From positions 2,048,001 through 2,112,000 of the forward strand of contig OZ219926.1 of assembly GCA_964291405.2 (NCBI GenBank): a stretch of DNA of 64,000 nt, given 5' to 3'. The stretch comes from Thermodesulfobacteriota bacterium. Its GTDB lineage: Bacteria > Desulfobacterota > Binatia > Bin18. Positions 50,798 to 60,330 of this stretch are shown here, piece after piece (the stretch's first letter is position 1; the number at the start of each line of letters is the position of its first letter). The notes beneath the pieces were generated by a model. The model was not told the DNA's origin. It made no database searches and saw only the letters and a program-made list of their open reading frames with translations. The position numbers were made by a program, and so were the translations under genes.

Positions 50798-52594
50798 ATG
50801 TGGCTGACCACCGAACGGGCGCGTAACCGTCTGGCGGCTGAAAAGTCCATTTTTTCAGCCGCCATTGATGGAGACATTCCGCTCTGCCTTATTTATCCGA
50901 ACGAGTACGCGGTCGGGATGTCAAATCTGGGTTTCCAGGCTGCCTATAAAATCTTTACCCAACATGAGAGCTGCCGCTGTGAGCGAGCGTTTCTCCCTGA
51001 CCCGGACGAGGCCGCCGCGTTGAGGCGGACTGGGGCGCCGCTAGCCTCGCTCGAGACCCAGCGACCCCTGGCCGATTTTGAAATCTTGGCTTTCTCGATT
51101 TCGTTTGAAACGGACTATCTGCATATCCTTGATATTCTGGCGGCCGCGCATATTCCTCTTCGGGCCGCGGAACGAACTTCTCGCCACCCCTTGGTCATTG
51201 CCGGCGGACCAGCAACCTTTCTCAACCCCGAGCCTATTGCCGATTTTATTGATCTGTTCCTGATCGGTGAAGGTGAGGAAATGATTCCAGAGTTTCTGGA
51301 GCGCTATGCGTCTTTGGAGCGGGAGACGAACGACCCGGCACTGCGCTTGCAGGCGCTCAGTACCATAGTCGGCGCCTATGTGCCAGCCTTGTTCCATCCA
51401 GCGTATAATGCAACTGGGCATCTGGCCCAGGTGACTCAGGTGACACCGCCTGCCCGGACTCCTCATACGGTCCAGGAGGTGCAGGCGAGCAGTCAGGCGC
51501 TGACTGTACAGCGGCGCTTAGTCATGGATTTGGACGCCTATCCGACAACGTCGCAGCTCCTAACCCAGGAAACCGTTTTTGGCGATATGTTTCTCATTGA
51601 GGCGAGTCGAGGCTGTGAGTGGGGCTGTCGGTTTTGTGCAGCCGGCTTTATGTATCGACCCGTTCGCTATCGCAGTACGGCAGCCTTAACACAACAAGCG
51701 ACACAAGGCTTACAGGAACGACAGACCATTGGCCTAGTTGGAGCGGAGATGGCCAGCCAGCCGGGCATTGCCGGCCTGTGCGAGTTTATTGGTCAGGCCG
51801 GTGGCCGCGCGTCTCCGTCCTCCTTAAAAGCCGATGTGATTACCCAGGATTTGGCGCGCGCAGTTGGACACAATAATACCCATTCGGTCACTGTCGCTCC
51901 GGAAGCGGGCTCGGAGCGGATGCGCCGGGTGATTAATAAGAACTTGACTGAGTCGGAGATCCTTCGCGCAACAGAGCTGTTAGTCGGTGGAGGGGTCCAA
52001 GCCCTTAAGCTGTACTTCATGATGGGCCTGCCAACCGAGACCCAGGACGACGTTGATGCCATTGGAACGCTGACGCGGAAAATTCACAGCCGATTTTGCG
52101 GCAAACGGGCCAGGATTGGAAGAATTACCTTATCGATCAATGCCTTTGTGCCCAAGCCGTGGACTCCCCTTCAGTGGGAGCCCATGGAGGAACTCCCCGC
52201 TCTCCGGCGCAAGATGGCACGCTTGCAGAAACAACTTGCTCGTCTGCCACGAGTGACGGTCGATATCGAGTCGCCGCGGGAGGCCTACTACCAGACCGTG
52301 CTTTCGCGTGGAGATCGGCGCGTCGGTCGGCTACTACTCGATATCCACACGCACGGGGGTGACTGGTGGAGCGTAGTCCAACGCTGGCGGCGTAAGGCAA
52401 AACGTCGGCCCGGCGCTCTCAATCCCGACTTTTTTGTCCATCGTCGGTATGACTCCGAGGAACGGCTGCCCTGGGATTTTATCGATCATGGGGTGGACAA
52501 ACACTATCTGTGGGTCGAATGGCGTAAGGCATTATTGGAACGGCAAACGCCACCGTGTGATGTGACTTCGTGCCGGAGTTGCGCCGCGTGTTAG
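50798..52594 (+). CDS. Radical SAM protein with B12-binding-like N-terminus and C-terminal Cys motif
   Basis: YPN.Y.VGMSNLG, CEWGCRFC (CxxxCxxC), KLYFM.GLP.E, LPWD.ID, CDVTSCRSCAAC. Confidence 0.9.
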   Translation: MWLTTERARNRLAAEKSIFSAAIDGDIPLCLIYPNEYAVGMSNLGFQAAYKIFTQHESCRCERAFLPDPDEAAALRRTGAPLASLETQRPLADFEILAFSISFETDYLHILDILAAAHIPLRAAERTSRHPLVIAGGPATFLNPEPIADFIDLFLIGEGEEMIPEFLERYASLERETNDPALRLQALSTIVGAYVPALFHPAYNATGHLAQVTQVTPPARTPHTVQEVQASSQALTVQRRLVMDLDAYPTTSQLLTQETVFGDMFLIEASRGCEWGCRFCAAGFMYRPVRYRSTAALTQQATQGLQERQTIGLVGAEMASQPGIAGLCEFIGQAGGRASPSSLKADVITQDLARAVGHNNTHSVTVAPEAGSERMRRVINKNLTESEILRATELLVGGGVQALKLYFMMGLPTETQDDVDAIGTLTRKIHSRFCGKRARIGRITLSINAFVPKPWTPLQWEPMEELPALRRKMARLQKQLARLPRVTVDIESPREAYYQTVLSRGDRRVGRLLLDIHTHGGDWWSVVQRWRRKAKRRPGALNPDFFVHRRYDSEERLPWDFIDHGVDKHYLWVEWRKALLERQTPPCDVTSCRSCAAC

Positions 52595-52610
52595 CCAGAG
52601 GGCGCGGGCG

Positions 52611-52997
52611 ATGATTTTTGGTATCGGCAATGACTTGGCCGAGGTCAATCGCGTCCGGGACGCGCTCGAACGTCCCCGAACGGGCCGGCGCTTCCGCGAG
52701 CGCGTCTTCACTGCTGGTGAGCAGGCCTATTGCGAGCGCCGGGGTAAAGGCAAGTATCAGAGTTACGCCGCACGCTTTGCGGCCAAAGAAGCCACAATGA
52801 AAGCGCTTGGACGCGGTTGGGGCCGTGTTGTCGGCTGGCGCGATGTTGAGGTCGTGCGGCAGCGGGGTTCACGTCCTAAGATTGTCCTGCACGGTAAGGC
52901 AAAAGCGTACGCCGCCGAGCAACGTATCCGCCGCTTACACTTGGCGCTAACCCACACGGCGACATTGGCAGAAGCCCAAGTCATGGCTGAGTTGTAA
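52611..52997 (+). CDS. acpS: Holo-[acyl-carrier-protein] synthase
   Basis: GIG.D..E, FT..E..YC, ARFAAKEA..KALG, L.LTH. Confidence 0.93.
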   Translation: MIFGIGNDLAEVNRVRDALERPRTGRRFRERVFTAGEQAYCERRGKGKYQSYAARFAAKEATMKALGRGWGRVVGWRDVEVVRQRGSRPKIVLHGKAKAYAAEQRIRRLHLALTHTATLAEAQVMAEL

Positions 52998-53004
52998 GCA
53001 TTGG

Positions 53005-53029
53005 AGGGGTGCGACGACCGCACCCCTCT
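53005..53029. terminator. GC-rich hairpin between convergent genes
   Basis: GAGGGGTGCG-ACGAC-CGCACCCCTC, 10-bp stem between the acpS and E2 stops. No clear U-tract. Confidence 0.55.
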
Positions 53030-53039
53030 GCTCGACCCG

Positions 53040-54254
53040 CTATCTGGCGTCGAGTGAAATCCTGTTCCCGTGGGCCAGCAGGTCGCCCACGGTCTGGAGA
53101 AACGCTCCGGCAGGGGCTCCATCTATCACGCGATGATCGAACGTTAGGCTCAAGACCATCATCGAACGCTTGGTGATCTCGCTGCGATAGATCACCGGTT
53201 TTTCAACAATCCGACCAACGCCGAGAATACCGGACTGCGGGGCATTGATGATAGGCGTAAAAGCATCAACGCCGTACATACCGAGGTTGGAGACCGTAAA
53301 CGTCCCACCCGATACTTCTTCGAGCTTGAGCTGACTCGCTCGGGCTTTCTCGGCTAAGGTTTTGGCCTCTGCGGCAATGTCCTTGAGCGATTTTTTGTCT
53401 ACATCCCGGACGACCGGAACGATCAAGCCCTCGTCCAGAGCCACCGCTAGTCCCACGTGGATGTCGCCGTGTACATGGATGATATTCCCTTCGAGGGAGG
53501 CGTTCATGCGCGGGTGCTGTCTGAGGGCATGGGCACAGGCCTGCACAATAAAGTCGGTATACGTGACGTTGAATTCCTGACGAACTTCTTGCCGGCGATC
53601 GATCAACTGCGTGACATCGACCTCGGTACTGATCGTGAGCTGAGCACTGCCCTGGAGGCTTTGATGCATGCGCTCGGCAATCACTTTCCGCATGCCGCGT
53701 AAAGGAATATCTTCCGCGGCTGCCGGCGTTGCGGCTGGTGCAGGCGACGGAGCGGCTTGACCTCCGCTATCAATGATTTTCTGTACATCTTCACGGGTGA
53801 TCCGACCGCGTGGGCCGGTCCCGGTCACGCCGGAGAGATCGATGCTGTGTTCTTTTGCCAGCTTCCGGGCTGCGGGAGTGACGGGCACGCGGCCGCGCTT
53901 CTCTTCCGCCGCCGGGGGTGCCGCTGAAGCTACTACTGGAGCGGGCTCAGGCGGCGCGGCCACCGGGGCGGCTGCCGCGTCTGCATATCGCGCGGCGACC
54001 TCAGCCACCTCTTCGCCTGCTTCCGCAATAATGGCGACAGGCAGCCCAACGCCAACCACGGCTTCGACGGCATACAGCAATTTGGCGACCGTTCCATCCG
54101 CGGTCGCTTCGACTTCATACAGCACTTTTTCGGTTTCGACCTCAAACAGGGCCTCGCCGGCTTTGATCGCGTCGCCCTCGGATTTGAACCACTGTTGGAT
54201 TGTGCCTTCGGTCATGGTCAGGCCGAACTTTGGCATTACGACTTCTACGGCCAC
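53040..54254 (-). CDS. 2-oxoacid/acetoin dehydrogenase E2, dihydrolipoamide acyltransferase
   Basis: Lipoyl domain VETEK, E3-binding TPAARKLA...GTGP.GRI, catalytic DHRVIDG. GTG start. Confidence 0.93.
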   Translation of the reverse strand: MAVEVVMPKFGLTMTEGTIQQWFKSEGDAIKAGEALFEVETEKVLYEVEATADGTVAKLLYAVEAVVGVGLPVAIIAEAGEEVAEVAARYADAAAAPVAAPPEPAPVVASAAPPAAEEKRGRVPVTPAARKLAKEHSIDLSGVTGTGPRGRITREDVQKIIDSGGQAAPSPAPAATPAAAEDIPLRGMRKVIAERMHQSLQGSAQLTISTEVDVTQLIDRRQEVRQEFNVTYTDFIVQACAHALRQHPRMNASLEGNIIHVHGDIHVGLAVALDEGLIVPVVRDVDKKSLKDIAAEAKTLAEKARASQLKLEEVSGGTFTVSNLGMYGVDAFTPIINAPQSGILGVGRIVEKPVIYRSEITKRSMMVLSLTFDHRVIDGAPAGAFLQTVGDLLAHGNRISLDAR

Positions 54255-54291
54255 AGGTGTATCCTTTCTTTCCGCGGAAGCTGACGCGGCG

Positions 54292-55260
54292 CTAGCCCAG
54301 CATCTCCTTGACAGTCGCGGTAATTTTCTTGTCGTTGGGAAGGATAAATTTTTCCATAGGAGGGCTGAACGGGATCGGGACATCCGGGGCAGCCAGGCGT
54401 TTAACTGGAGCGTCCAGGGAGTCAAAGCCCTTATCCGCAATAACGGCAGAAATTTCGGCTGCCGCACCACAGCGCAGATGGCCCTCATCAACCACCAGGA
54501 CGTTATGCGTCTTGGCCACAGAGGAGAGGATGGTCTCCTCATCCAGCGGAATCAGGCTGCGCGGGTCTATGACTTCGGCAGAAATCCCATCCTCTTCCAA
54601 AGATTTTGCGGCCTTGAGCGCTTGGGGGACCATATAGCCAATGGCAATAATGGTGACGTCTGAGCCTTCACGTTTCACCGCAGCTTGCCCGATGGGCACA
54701 AGATACTCCTCTTCCGGGACTTCTTCTCTGCTTCGGCCCAGCTTGAGGTGCTCAAAGACCAGGACGGGGTTATTGTCCCGAATGGCGCTTTTGAGGAGGC
54801 CCTTCATATCATAGGCACCCGAGGGAACCACAATTTTGAGCCCTGGCACACTCATGAACTGGGAATAGACCGTCTCGGAATGCTGGGCGGCTGCCGAGCC
54901 AACCGCACCGCACACAGCCCGGAAGGTAATAGGCATGTCGGCTTGGCCACCCGACATATAGCGCAGCTTGGCCGCCTGATTACAGACCTGATCCCAGCAG
55001 CAGTAGAAAAAGCTGGCAAACTCGATTTCAACAATCGGCCGCATCCCTGCCATAGCTGCGCCCACCCCAGCGCCCGCATAGCCGGCTTCTGAAATGGGAG
55101 CGTTCAGAATCCGCTCGGCGCCGAACTCATCTGTCAAGCCGCTGGTTGCGCCAAAGGCACCAACCCAGATGTCCAGACCCATCATGAAGGTTGTCGAGTC
55201 GTGTCGGAGTTCCTCGGCGAGGGCCGTATTAATCGCTTGAATAAAATTCATTTCAGGCAT
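54292..55260 (-). CDS. 2-oxoacid/acetoin dehydrogenase E1 beta
   Basis: PISE, GMRPIVE, AAQHSE, AIRD.NPV, EVID.RSL.PLD. Confidence 0.93.
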   Translation of the reverse strand: MPEMNFIQAINTALAEELRHDSTTFMMGLDIWVGAFGATSGLTDEFGAERILNAPISEAGYAGAGVGAAMAGMRPIVEIEFASFFYCCWDQVCNQAAKLRYMSGGQADMPITFRAVCGAVGSAAAQHSETVYSQFMSVPGLKIVVPSGAYDMKGLLKSAIRDNNPVLVFEHLKLGRSREEVPEEEYLVPIGQAAVKREGSDVTIIAIGYMVPQALKAAKSLEEDGISAEVIDPRSLIPLDEETILSSVAKTHNVLVVDEGHLRCGAAAEISAVIADKGFDSLDAPVKRLAAPDVPIPFSPPMEKFILPNDKKITATVKEMLG

Positions 55261-55270
55261 GATTTCCCCC

Positions 55271-56257
55271 CTAGGCAGCTGAGAACATATCGTCCAGGGC
55301 TTCCTCGGGCTCCGGATACGGGCTGTCTTGAGCAAACTGGACGGCGTCGTCAATGGCTTGCTTCACCTCGGCCTGGACTGCATCGATCTCTTCCTGGCTG
55401 AAGGTGTCCGGCACGAAACGCTGCTCAAAGGTAATGAGCGGACAGCGCCTCTTCCACGCTTCTATTTCGTCTGAGGGACGATAGCTGCGCTTGCCGAGAA
55501 AGGCTTCCTCGCCCACCACGTGGCCTTCCCAACGGTAGGTTTTACATTCAATCAAGGTCGGGCCTTCGCCCCTACGCGCGCGTTCGACCGCCTCGCTGGT
55601 GGCTTCGTAGACCTCGACGACGTCATTGCCGTTGACCACAACGCCGGGCATATCGTGGCCACGTGCCCGGTCGGCAATATCTTTGACCGAAGTCACGTCC
55701 TTACCGGCGGTGAACTCTCCGTACAAATTGTTTTCACACACATAGATCACGGGCAGCTTCCAGGACGAGGCGATATTGAGTGACTCGTGAAACGTGCCCT
55801 CGTTCGAGGCGCCATCACCGAAGAAACAGGCAGCGACCTCACCGCTGCCGCGCACTTTTGCCGCCAGACCCGCACCGGTCGCAATCGGTAAACCGGCGCC
55901 CACAATACCGTTCGCGCCCAGGATACCCAGGTCAAAATTGGCGATATGCATGGAGCCGCCCTTGCCCTTACAGTAACCAGTCTTTTTCCCGAACAACTCA
56001 GCCATCATGGGTTTGACTTCGCCACCCTTGGCGATCAAGTGGCCGTGACCGCGGTGGGTACTGGTAATATAGTCTTGCTCGGTTAAGGCGGCGGCGACTC
56101 CGGTGGCCGAGGCTTCTTCGCCAATCGAGACGTGAACAAAGCCGGGTATTTGCCCCTCTTGAAAAATATCACGCACACGGGACTCAAACTGCCGGATCGT
56201 TTGCATCGTACGATACATATCGAGCAGCTTGTCTGTACTCATGGTGGTATCCGCCAT
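55271..56257 (-). CDS. 2-oxoacid/acetoin dehydrogenase E1 alpha (TPP-dependent)
   Basis: STHRGHGH, GKGGSMH, GDGA..EG.FHE..N, ENN.YG, TYR..GH. Confidence 0.93.
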   Translation of the reverse strand: MADTTMSTDKLLDMYRTMQTIRQFESRVRDIFQEGQIPGFVHVSIGEEASATGVAAALTEQDYITSTHRGHGHLIAKGGEVKPMMAELFGKKTGYCKGKGGSMHIANFDLGILGANGIVGAGLPIATGAGLAAKVRGSGEVAACFFGDGASNEGTFHESLNIASSWKLPVIYVCENNLYGEFTAGKDVTSVKDIADRARGHDMPGVVVNGNDVVEVYEATSEAVERARRGEGPTLIECKTYRWEGHVVGEEAFLGKRSYRPSDEIEAWKRRCPLITFEQRFVPDTFSQEEIDAVQAEVKQAIDDAVQFAQDSPYPEPEEALDDMFSAA

Positions 56258-56429
56258 AGACATTTCCTCCTTTTGGGTTTGCGCGGAAAGCCCCGTCTTC
56301 ATAGTCTGAAACAGGGGCGAAGGTCAACAACGCCGTCGCGAGGAGGCTCATGTATGACATATAATTCGACGGAAACCGGAAGAGATGGGACTGTTACCTT
56401 GAGTGTACAGTTCTTCAAGGAAGTCTTTG

Positions 56430-57176
56430 TTAGGAATCCTTTACCGCAGGGTTAGGGTTTTTATCTGTCGCGGCTTTCTTTTCTTCTCCGAGTTGCTGTA
56501 GTGCTCCCATTCGTTGTTCTCGGTCATGCTTTGCAACATACCAGTCGGCAAAAAGCGTCTCGATGAGTTCGATCAGAAGCTGGGCCTCTTCAGGCTCCAC
56601 AGGAACAATTAAGTCCACGTCCTTTTCCATGTGTGCGCCGATATTGCCGACACTACGCACCGTATGAATTGCTGCCCATGTCGCCGCATCTACCTCCTCT
56701 TTAATAGCTTCTATCTCTTGCCAAAGATTGGGCTTATCATTCACGCTCCAGAAGTCTCGGATCATACCCTGTAAACATCTTCGGCTTAGCGTTGCTGAGG
56801 CCTTGGGGCTTAGATCTCGAATGCGGCACGCTTCATAATAATCTTCAACAATTTGAGGGGGAATGTAGCTAGGCTGTGGTTTTGCAGAGGACTCAGGGCG
56901 GAGTTGCCATGTATTAAGACATTCGCCCCATTTAGCGTAGAAAATCTCGCCGCTCTGGCTCCTTCTCACCTCCTCCAATCTATGCCAGTACACAGTAACG
57001 ACAAGCTCTCGGCAAGTCTGATTTGGGCATACAGAGGAAGACAATCGCAATCCTGTAGAGCCGTCCTTAACCCGCCCATCTGGAAAGCTAAAAAATATAT
57101 TGTCATGTTGAACATCGGCGTCCTGGAGAACTATGTCATGCTGACAGTATGGGCATGTGTAGCTATTAACGGGCAT
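56430..57176 (-). CDS. DUF4145 (HEPN-like) protein with N-terminal Zn-ribbon-like Cys pairs
   Basis: CPYC and CPNQTC; DYYEAC..LSPKASATLSRRCLQGMIRDFW; RSVGNIGAH. Visibly more AT-rich than its flanks. Confidence 0.8.
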   Translation of the reverse strand: MPVNSYTCPYCQHDIVLQDADVQHDNIFFSFPDGRVKDGSTGLRLSSSVCPNQTCRELVVTVYWHRLEEVRRSQSGEIFYAKWGECLNTWQLRPESSAKPQPSYIPPQIVEDYYEACRIRDLSPKASATLSRRCLQGMIRDFWSVNDKPNLWQEIEAIKEEVDAATWAAIHTVRSVGNIGAHMEKDVDLIVPVEPEEAQLLIELIETLFADWYVAKHDREQRMGALQQLGEEKKAATDKNPNPAVKDS

Positions 57177-57319
57177 TGGAACTGCTCCTGTGTAGAGTAC
57201 GGTTAAGCGACCTCAGTGAGGCGATTTATAACTCGACATTATCGGGAGGTCAGGTTGAGACCTATCCGGCTACAAAAAACTGGTCTTTCAATCTCGTTGC
57301 AGGCTCGACAGAAGGACCG

Positions 57320-57889
57320 CTATTGCGGCGGAAGGAAGGCCGACACGGCAATAGCCTTGCCGCCTGGAGGGAACACGGTACCGTCTTCGCTCTTTATCCG
57401 CTCATGCTGATACTTGTCTCTTGACGGGTTCGTCAAAATGGCAACGCTGCGGTCAGCGAGGTTCACAATCCAATATTCCGGGATACCGCTTGCCGCATAC
57501 ACCTGGGCCTTCTGCCCCTGATCGTAGACCGGGTAGCTGTCTGCGACTTCTATGACGTCCATAACTTGGTCCGCCCGCGGATGGTGTTGAGCGTAATCGG
57601 CTGGATCGGGTTGACAGATGACAATATCCGGTTCGGGCTCGCTCCAATCGTTCAAAACAATCGGCACTTGGACACGAATATAGGCGGTATCCCCCACGAC
57701 CGGCAAAAGCGTAAATAAGAGACGGTGCATGGTAGCCGCATGGGGGCTGTTCTGTGGACTCATCGTAATAATGACTCCGTCGAGCAGTTCAACCCGCTCA
57801 TCTGCCAGGAGATGAGACTCTGCCAGGCGGTGGTACTCTTGACGGGTAAAACGATGAGGCACTGGAGCTGCCGGCACGCTATGCGTCAT
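57320..57889 (-). CDS. Uma2-family (DUF820) PD-(D/E)xK nuclease-like protein
   Basis: RFT..EYHRL, ELLDG.I..MSP, SEPEPD, IEVADS, K..YA..GIPEYWIVNL. Confidence 0.88.
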   Translation of the reverse strand: MTHSVPAAPVPHRFTRQEYHRLAESHLLADERVELLDGVIITMSPQNSPHAATMHRLLFTLLPVVGDTAYIRVQVPIVLNDWSEPEPDIVICQPDPADYAQHHPRADQVMDVIEVADSYPVYDQGQKAQVYAASGIPEYWIVNLADRSVAILTNPSRDKYQHERIKSEDGTVFPPGGKAIAVSAFLPPQ

Positions 57890-57955
57890 GGACCTAGTCT
57901 AGTCTCCTTGGTGAGGGAAGACAATAAAGTGGATTCGTGTTTCCACGAGACCCCG

Positions 57956-59395
57956 TCAGGTCTTCACCCGCACGCGATAGCCGATTTTCACCTCGCCGTT
58001 CTTCGGCACCGTGACCTCAAAACGCAGAGTATATGCATCGGGCTTTTCGTATTGCTCCGGGGTAGAAGCGACGACTTCCCAGTCACCGTACATAGGCTCT
58101 TCGACGTGGACCCGCACGTCTTCGTCCTTGTGATTGCGGACGACGATTTGCCAGCTCACCTCTGACGAGCGGCGTGACAGACGGGTAAAGCTCGTTTGGC
58201 GGCGCTCGCCAACGACGTCAAAGGCCTCGCCCGTTTTCATGCTGACGGTTTCGTCTTTGGGCGTGTGGTCAATGCTGTCCTCGCCGACAAACTGGAGGCT
58301 GCCTTGCGTGTCGGCTTTGTACACGCGGATGGTCCCTTTGGGTAAGGGTATTCCGAGGCGGTTTTTCTCAGCGTTTTCGATTTCGAGATAGACGCTCACT
58401 TTTTGTTGAGGAGGAGGCGTGTCAAACGTGGTACGTACGTAATGGGGCTGACCGCGGAGAACGAGGCGTTTGGTAATGGGAATGCCCACGGCGGATAAAA
58501 GCGCCATCTGCTTGGTCTGGTTGTTTTGGACCGTGGTTGGTCGATCCAGGGCATAGAGGTGGTATTCGAAAAAGGATTCTTCCTGAAACTGCGGCTCTGA
58601 AGAAGCGCTAGCCGAGGCGGCCATCGCGATGACCCGCTCGCGGAGAACTTCCGGCTGAACCCGATTGATATCACCGGCTACCAGCTTAAGCGTCGCGTTG
58701 CGATACGTGGTACCGGATTTATTCTCAATAGAGACCCAGCCAGACAGGTCTGCCTGACTGTCGTCGCTGTTGAGGGCAAGAACATAATCGGCCTGCCACG
58801 TCATGTCATTGGTGAGGTAGGAGGCTTCAATGGTGTGCGTGCTGGCAGCCTGAGCCTGGAGCAGCCACACGAGCGTTGGCTGGGCGATCAGGTTGGCCGG
58901 AATCTGGGGGAGAATCACTCTGCCCGGCAAACCAATCGAGATTTCGTCTCCTACTTGATAAATCGGGGAGTCGTTCGTGGCGAGCAGGGTGGCGGCCACG
59001 AGTTCATCTTTGCCGGTAAAATAGTTCTTGTCGAGCAGCCTGACTTCTTTGCCCACATATTTTTCGAGTAAGGTCTCCGGGCTGAGCAGGTCGTATTCAT
59101 AATTCTGCTCCAGGACCTGAAAGTTTTCCGAGTCGGGCCGCGACCGAATAAGCACCGTTGTCGGCATAATCCGGGCCGCGACATCCATAAACTGAAGGTG
59201 GGTCAACCCCTCAGCCAGTTCAATCTCACGGACATCTTTGACCAGTCCAAGGTTGGAATTATAGATCGTCAGCGAGACCTGGGTCTGATCAGCGTGGGTA
59301 CTCGTGAGCGGAGCGGCTGAGAGAAGGTGAGCACAAAAGACCTCGAAAACAAAAAGACTCGTAGCAAGAATCGCACTAGGCTGAAGGCGTTGCAT
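57956..59395 (-). CDS. DUF4139-domain exported protein
   Basis: Signal peptide; LTIYN..LGLV.D.R, EQNYEYDL, SYLT..M.WQADY, PLPKG.IRVY, GED.IDHTP. Confidence 0.85.
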   Translation of the reverse strand: MQRLQPSAILATSLFVFEVFCAHLLSAAPLTSTHADQTQVSLTIYNSNLGLVKDVREIELAEGLTHLQFMDVAARIMPTTVLIRSRPDSENFQVLEQNYEYDLLSPETLLEKYVGKEVRLLDKNYFTGKDELVAATLLATNDSPIYQVGDEISIGLPGRVILPQIPANLIAQPTLVWLLQAQAASTHTIEASYLTNDMTWQADYVLALNSDDSQADLSGWVSIENKSGTTYRNATLKLVAGDINRVQPEVLRERVIAMAASASASSEPQFQEESFFEYHLYALDRPTTVQNNQTKQMALLSAVGIPITKRLVLRGQPHYVRTTFDTPPPQQKVSVYLEIENAEKNRLGIPLPKGTIRVYKADTQGSLQFVGEDSIDHTPKDETVSMKTGEAFDVVGERRQTSFTRLSRRSSEVSWQIVVRNHKDEDVRVHVEEPMYGDWEVVASTPEQYEKPDAYTLRFEVTVPKNGEVKIGYRVRVKT

Positions 59396-59500
59396 AGGCG
59401 GTACAGTCACTCGTCCTTTCTCCCCGGATGCTTTCAGCATAGCGGGTTTTCCGTACGAACACCAAAAAGACGACAGGATCGCAGAAAATTCACTGAGCTC

Positions 59501-60325
59501 CTATGCCATCTCAAAGCGAGTCAACAAACCCCGTTTCTTGGCCTGATAGAGCGCGTACTGAAAATAGGCAATGGAAAGGACAAACAGCACCGCCGTCAAA
59601 CCGAGAGATATCAGCAGCGGCTGCCAGGCTAATTCCCCGGTTGCAATGGCGTATCGCAGTCCTTCAAACACATGTGTACTGGGCAGGGTGATGGCAATAC
59701 CCTGAACCCAGCCCGGCATACTGTCGAGCGGATAAAAGACACAACTAAAAGGCTGAATAATAAATCCTACTGACCAGGCCAGGATCTGAATACGGAGACC
59801 GTAGCGAAAGATCAGGGCAGCGATGAGAATACCGATGACCCAGCCGAAGAGCAGCAGGACGCTGGTGAAGACGGCGAGAGCCGTGCCGCCAATATCCATA
59901 ATATTAAAGGCGTACAGGCCCCAGGCGAGGAGGGTGAGAAAAAGAAAACTCAGGATGCAGCGAATGAGGCCAATAAGACCAACCGCCACAAAGAGTTCGA
60001 CCGAGGTGACTGGCGAGGCAAACAGGTTGTAGACGTTGCGACTCCAGAAATCTTCGAGGATAAACGTCCCAACATCGGTCTGCGCCCGCCAGAACAAACT
60101 CCACAGCACGGCCCCGCCAAGAAAGAACTCCATGACTCCGGAGAACGAAGACGTTGACGCGATGAACATGCTGGTGAATCCCCACAATAAGAGGGAGATG
60201 ACCGGCCAGTACACAATGTCAAAAATACGGTCCAGACTGCGATAGCACAGACAGGTAAACTTATAGACCAAGCCCCAAATTGCCATGGTTGAAAAGCCAT
60301 AATCCTGAGAGTTCACAAAACGCAC
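59501..60325 (-). CDS. ABC-2 type transporter permease
   Basis: About 6 TM segments, VFYP..SMP.W.Q motif. Downstream of the ABC ATPase. Confidence 0.88.
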   Translation of the reverse strand: MRFVNSQDYGFSTMAIWGLVYKFTCLCYRSLDRIFDIVYWPVISLLLWGFTSMFIASTSSFSGVMEFFLGGAVLWSLFWRAQTDVGTFILEDFWSRNVYNLFASPVTSVELFVAVGLIGLIRCILSFLFLTLLAWGLYAFNIMDIGGTALAVFTSVLLLFGWVIGILIAALIFRYGLRIQILAWSVGFIIQPFSCVFYPLDSMPGWVQGIAITLPSTHVFEGLRYAIATGELAWQPLLISLGLTAVLFVLSIAYFQYALYQAKKRGLLTRFEMA

Positions 60326-60330
60326 GCGGC

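Noticed and set aside
51427-51487. CAGGTGAC duplication and weak hairpin in a low-complexity insert of the radical SAM gene
   Set aside because: Short, interrupted stem unrelated to the 54-bp family; cannot be distinguished from chance.
53040-56257. No E3 (lpd) gene in the dehydrogenase operon; naming the genes pdh or aco
   Set aside because: E3 is commonly shared from another locus, and the substrate cannot be assigned from sequence alone.
56341-56455. AGGAGG followed by a 33-aa ORF (56354-56455) or a tiny MYDI* ORF
   Set aside because: No recognisable homology and it overlaps the DUF4145 3' end; insufficient support for a gene or pseudogene.
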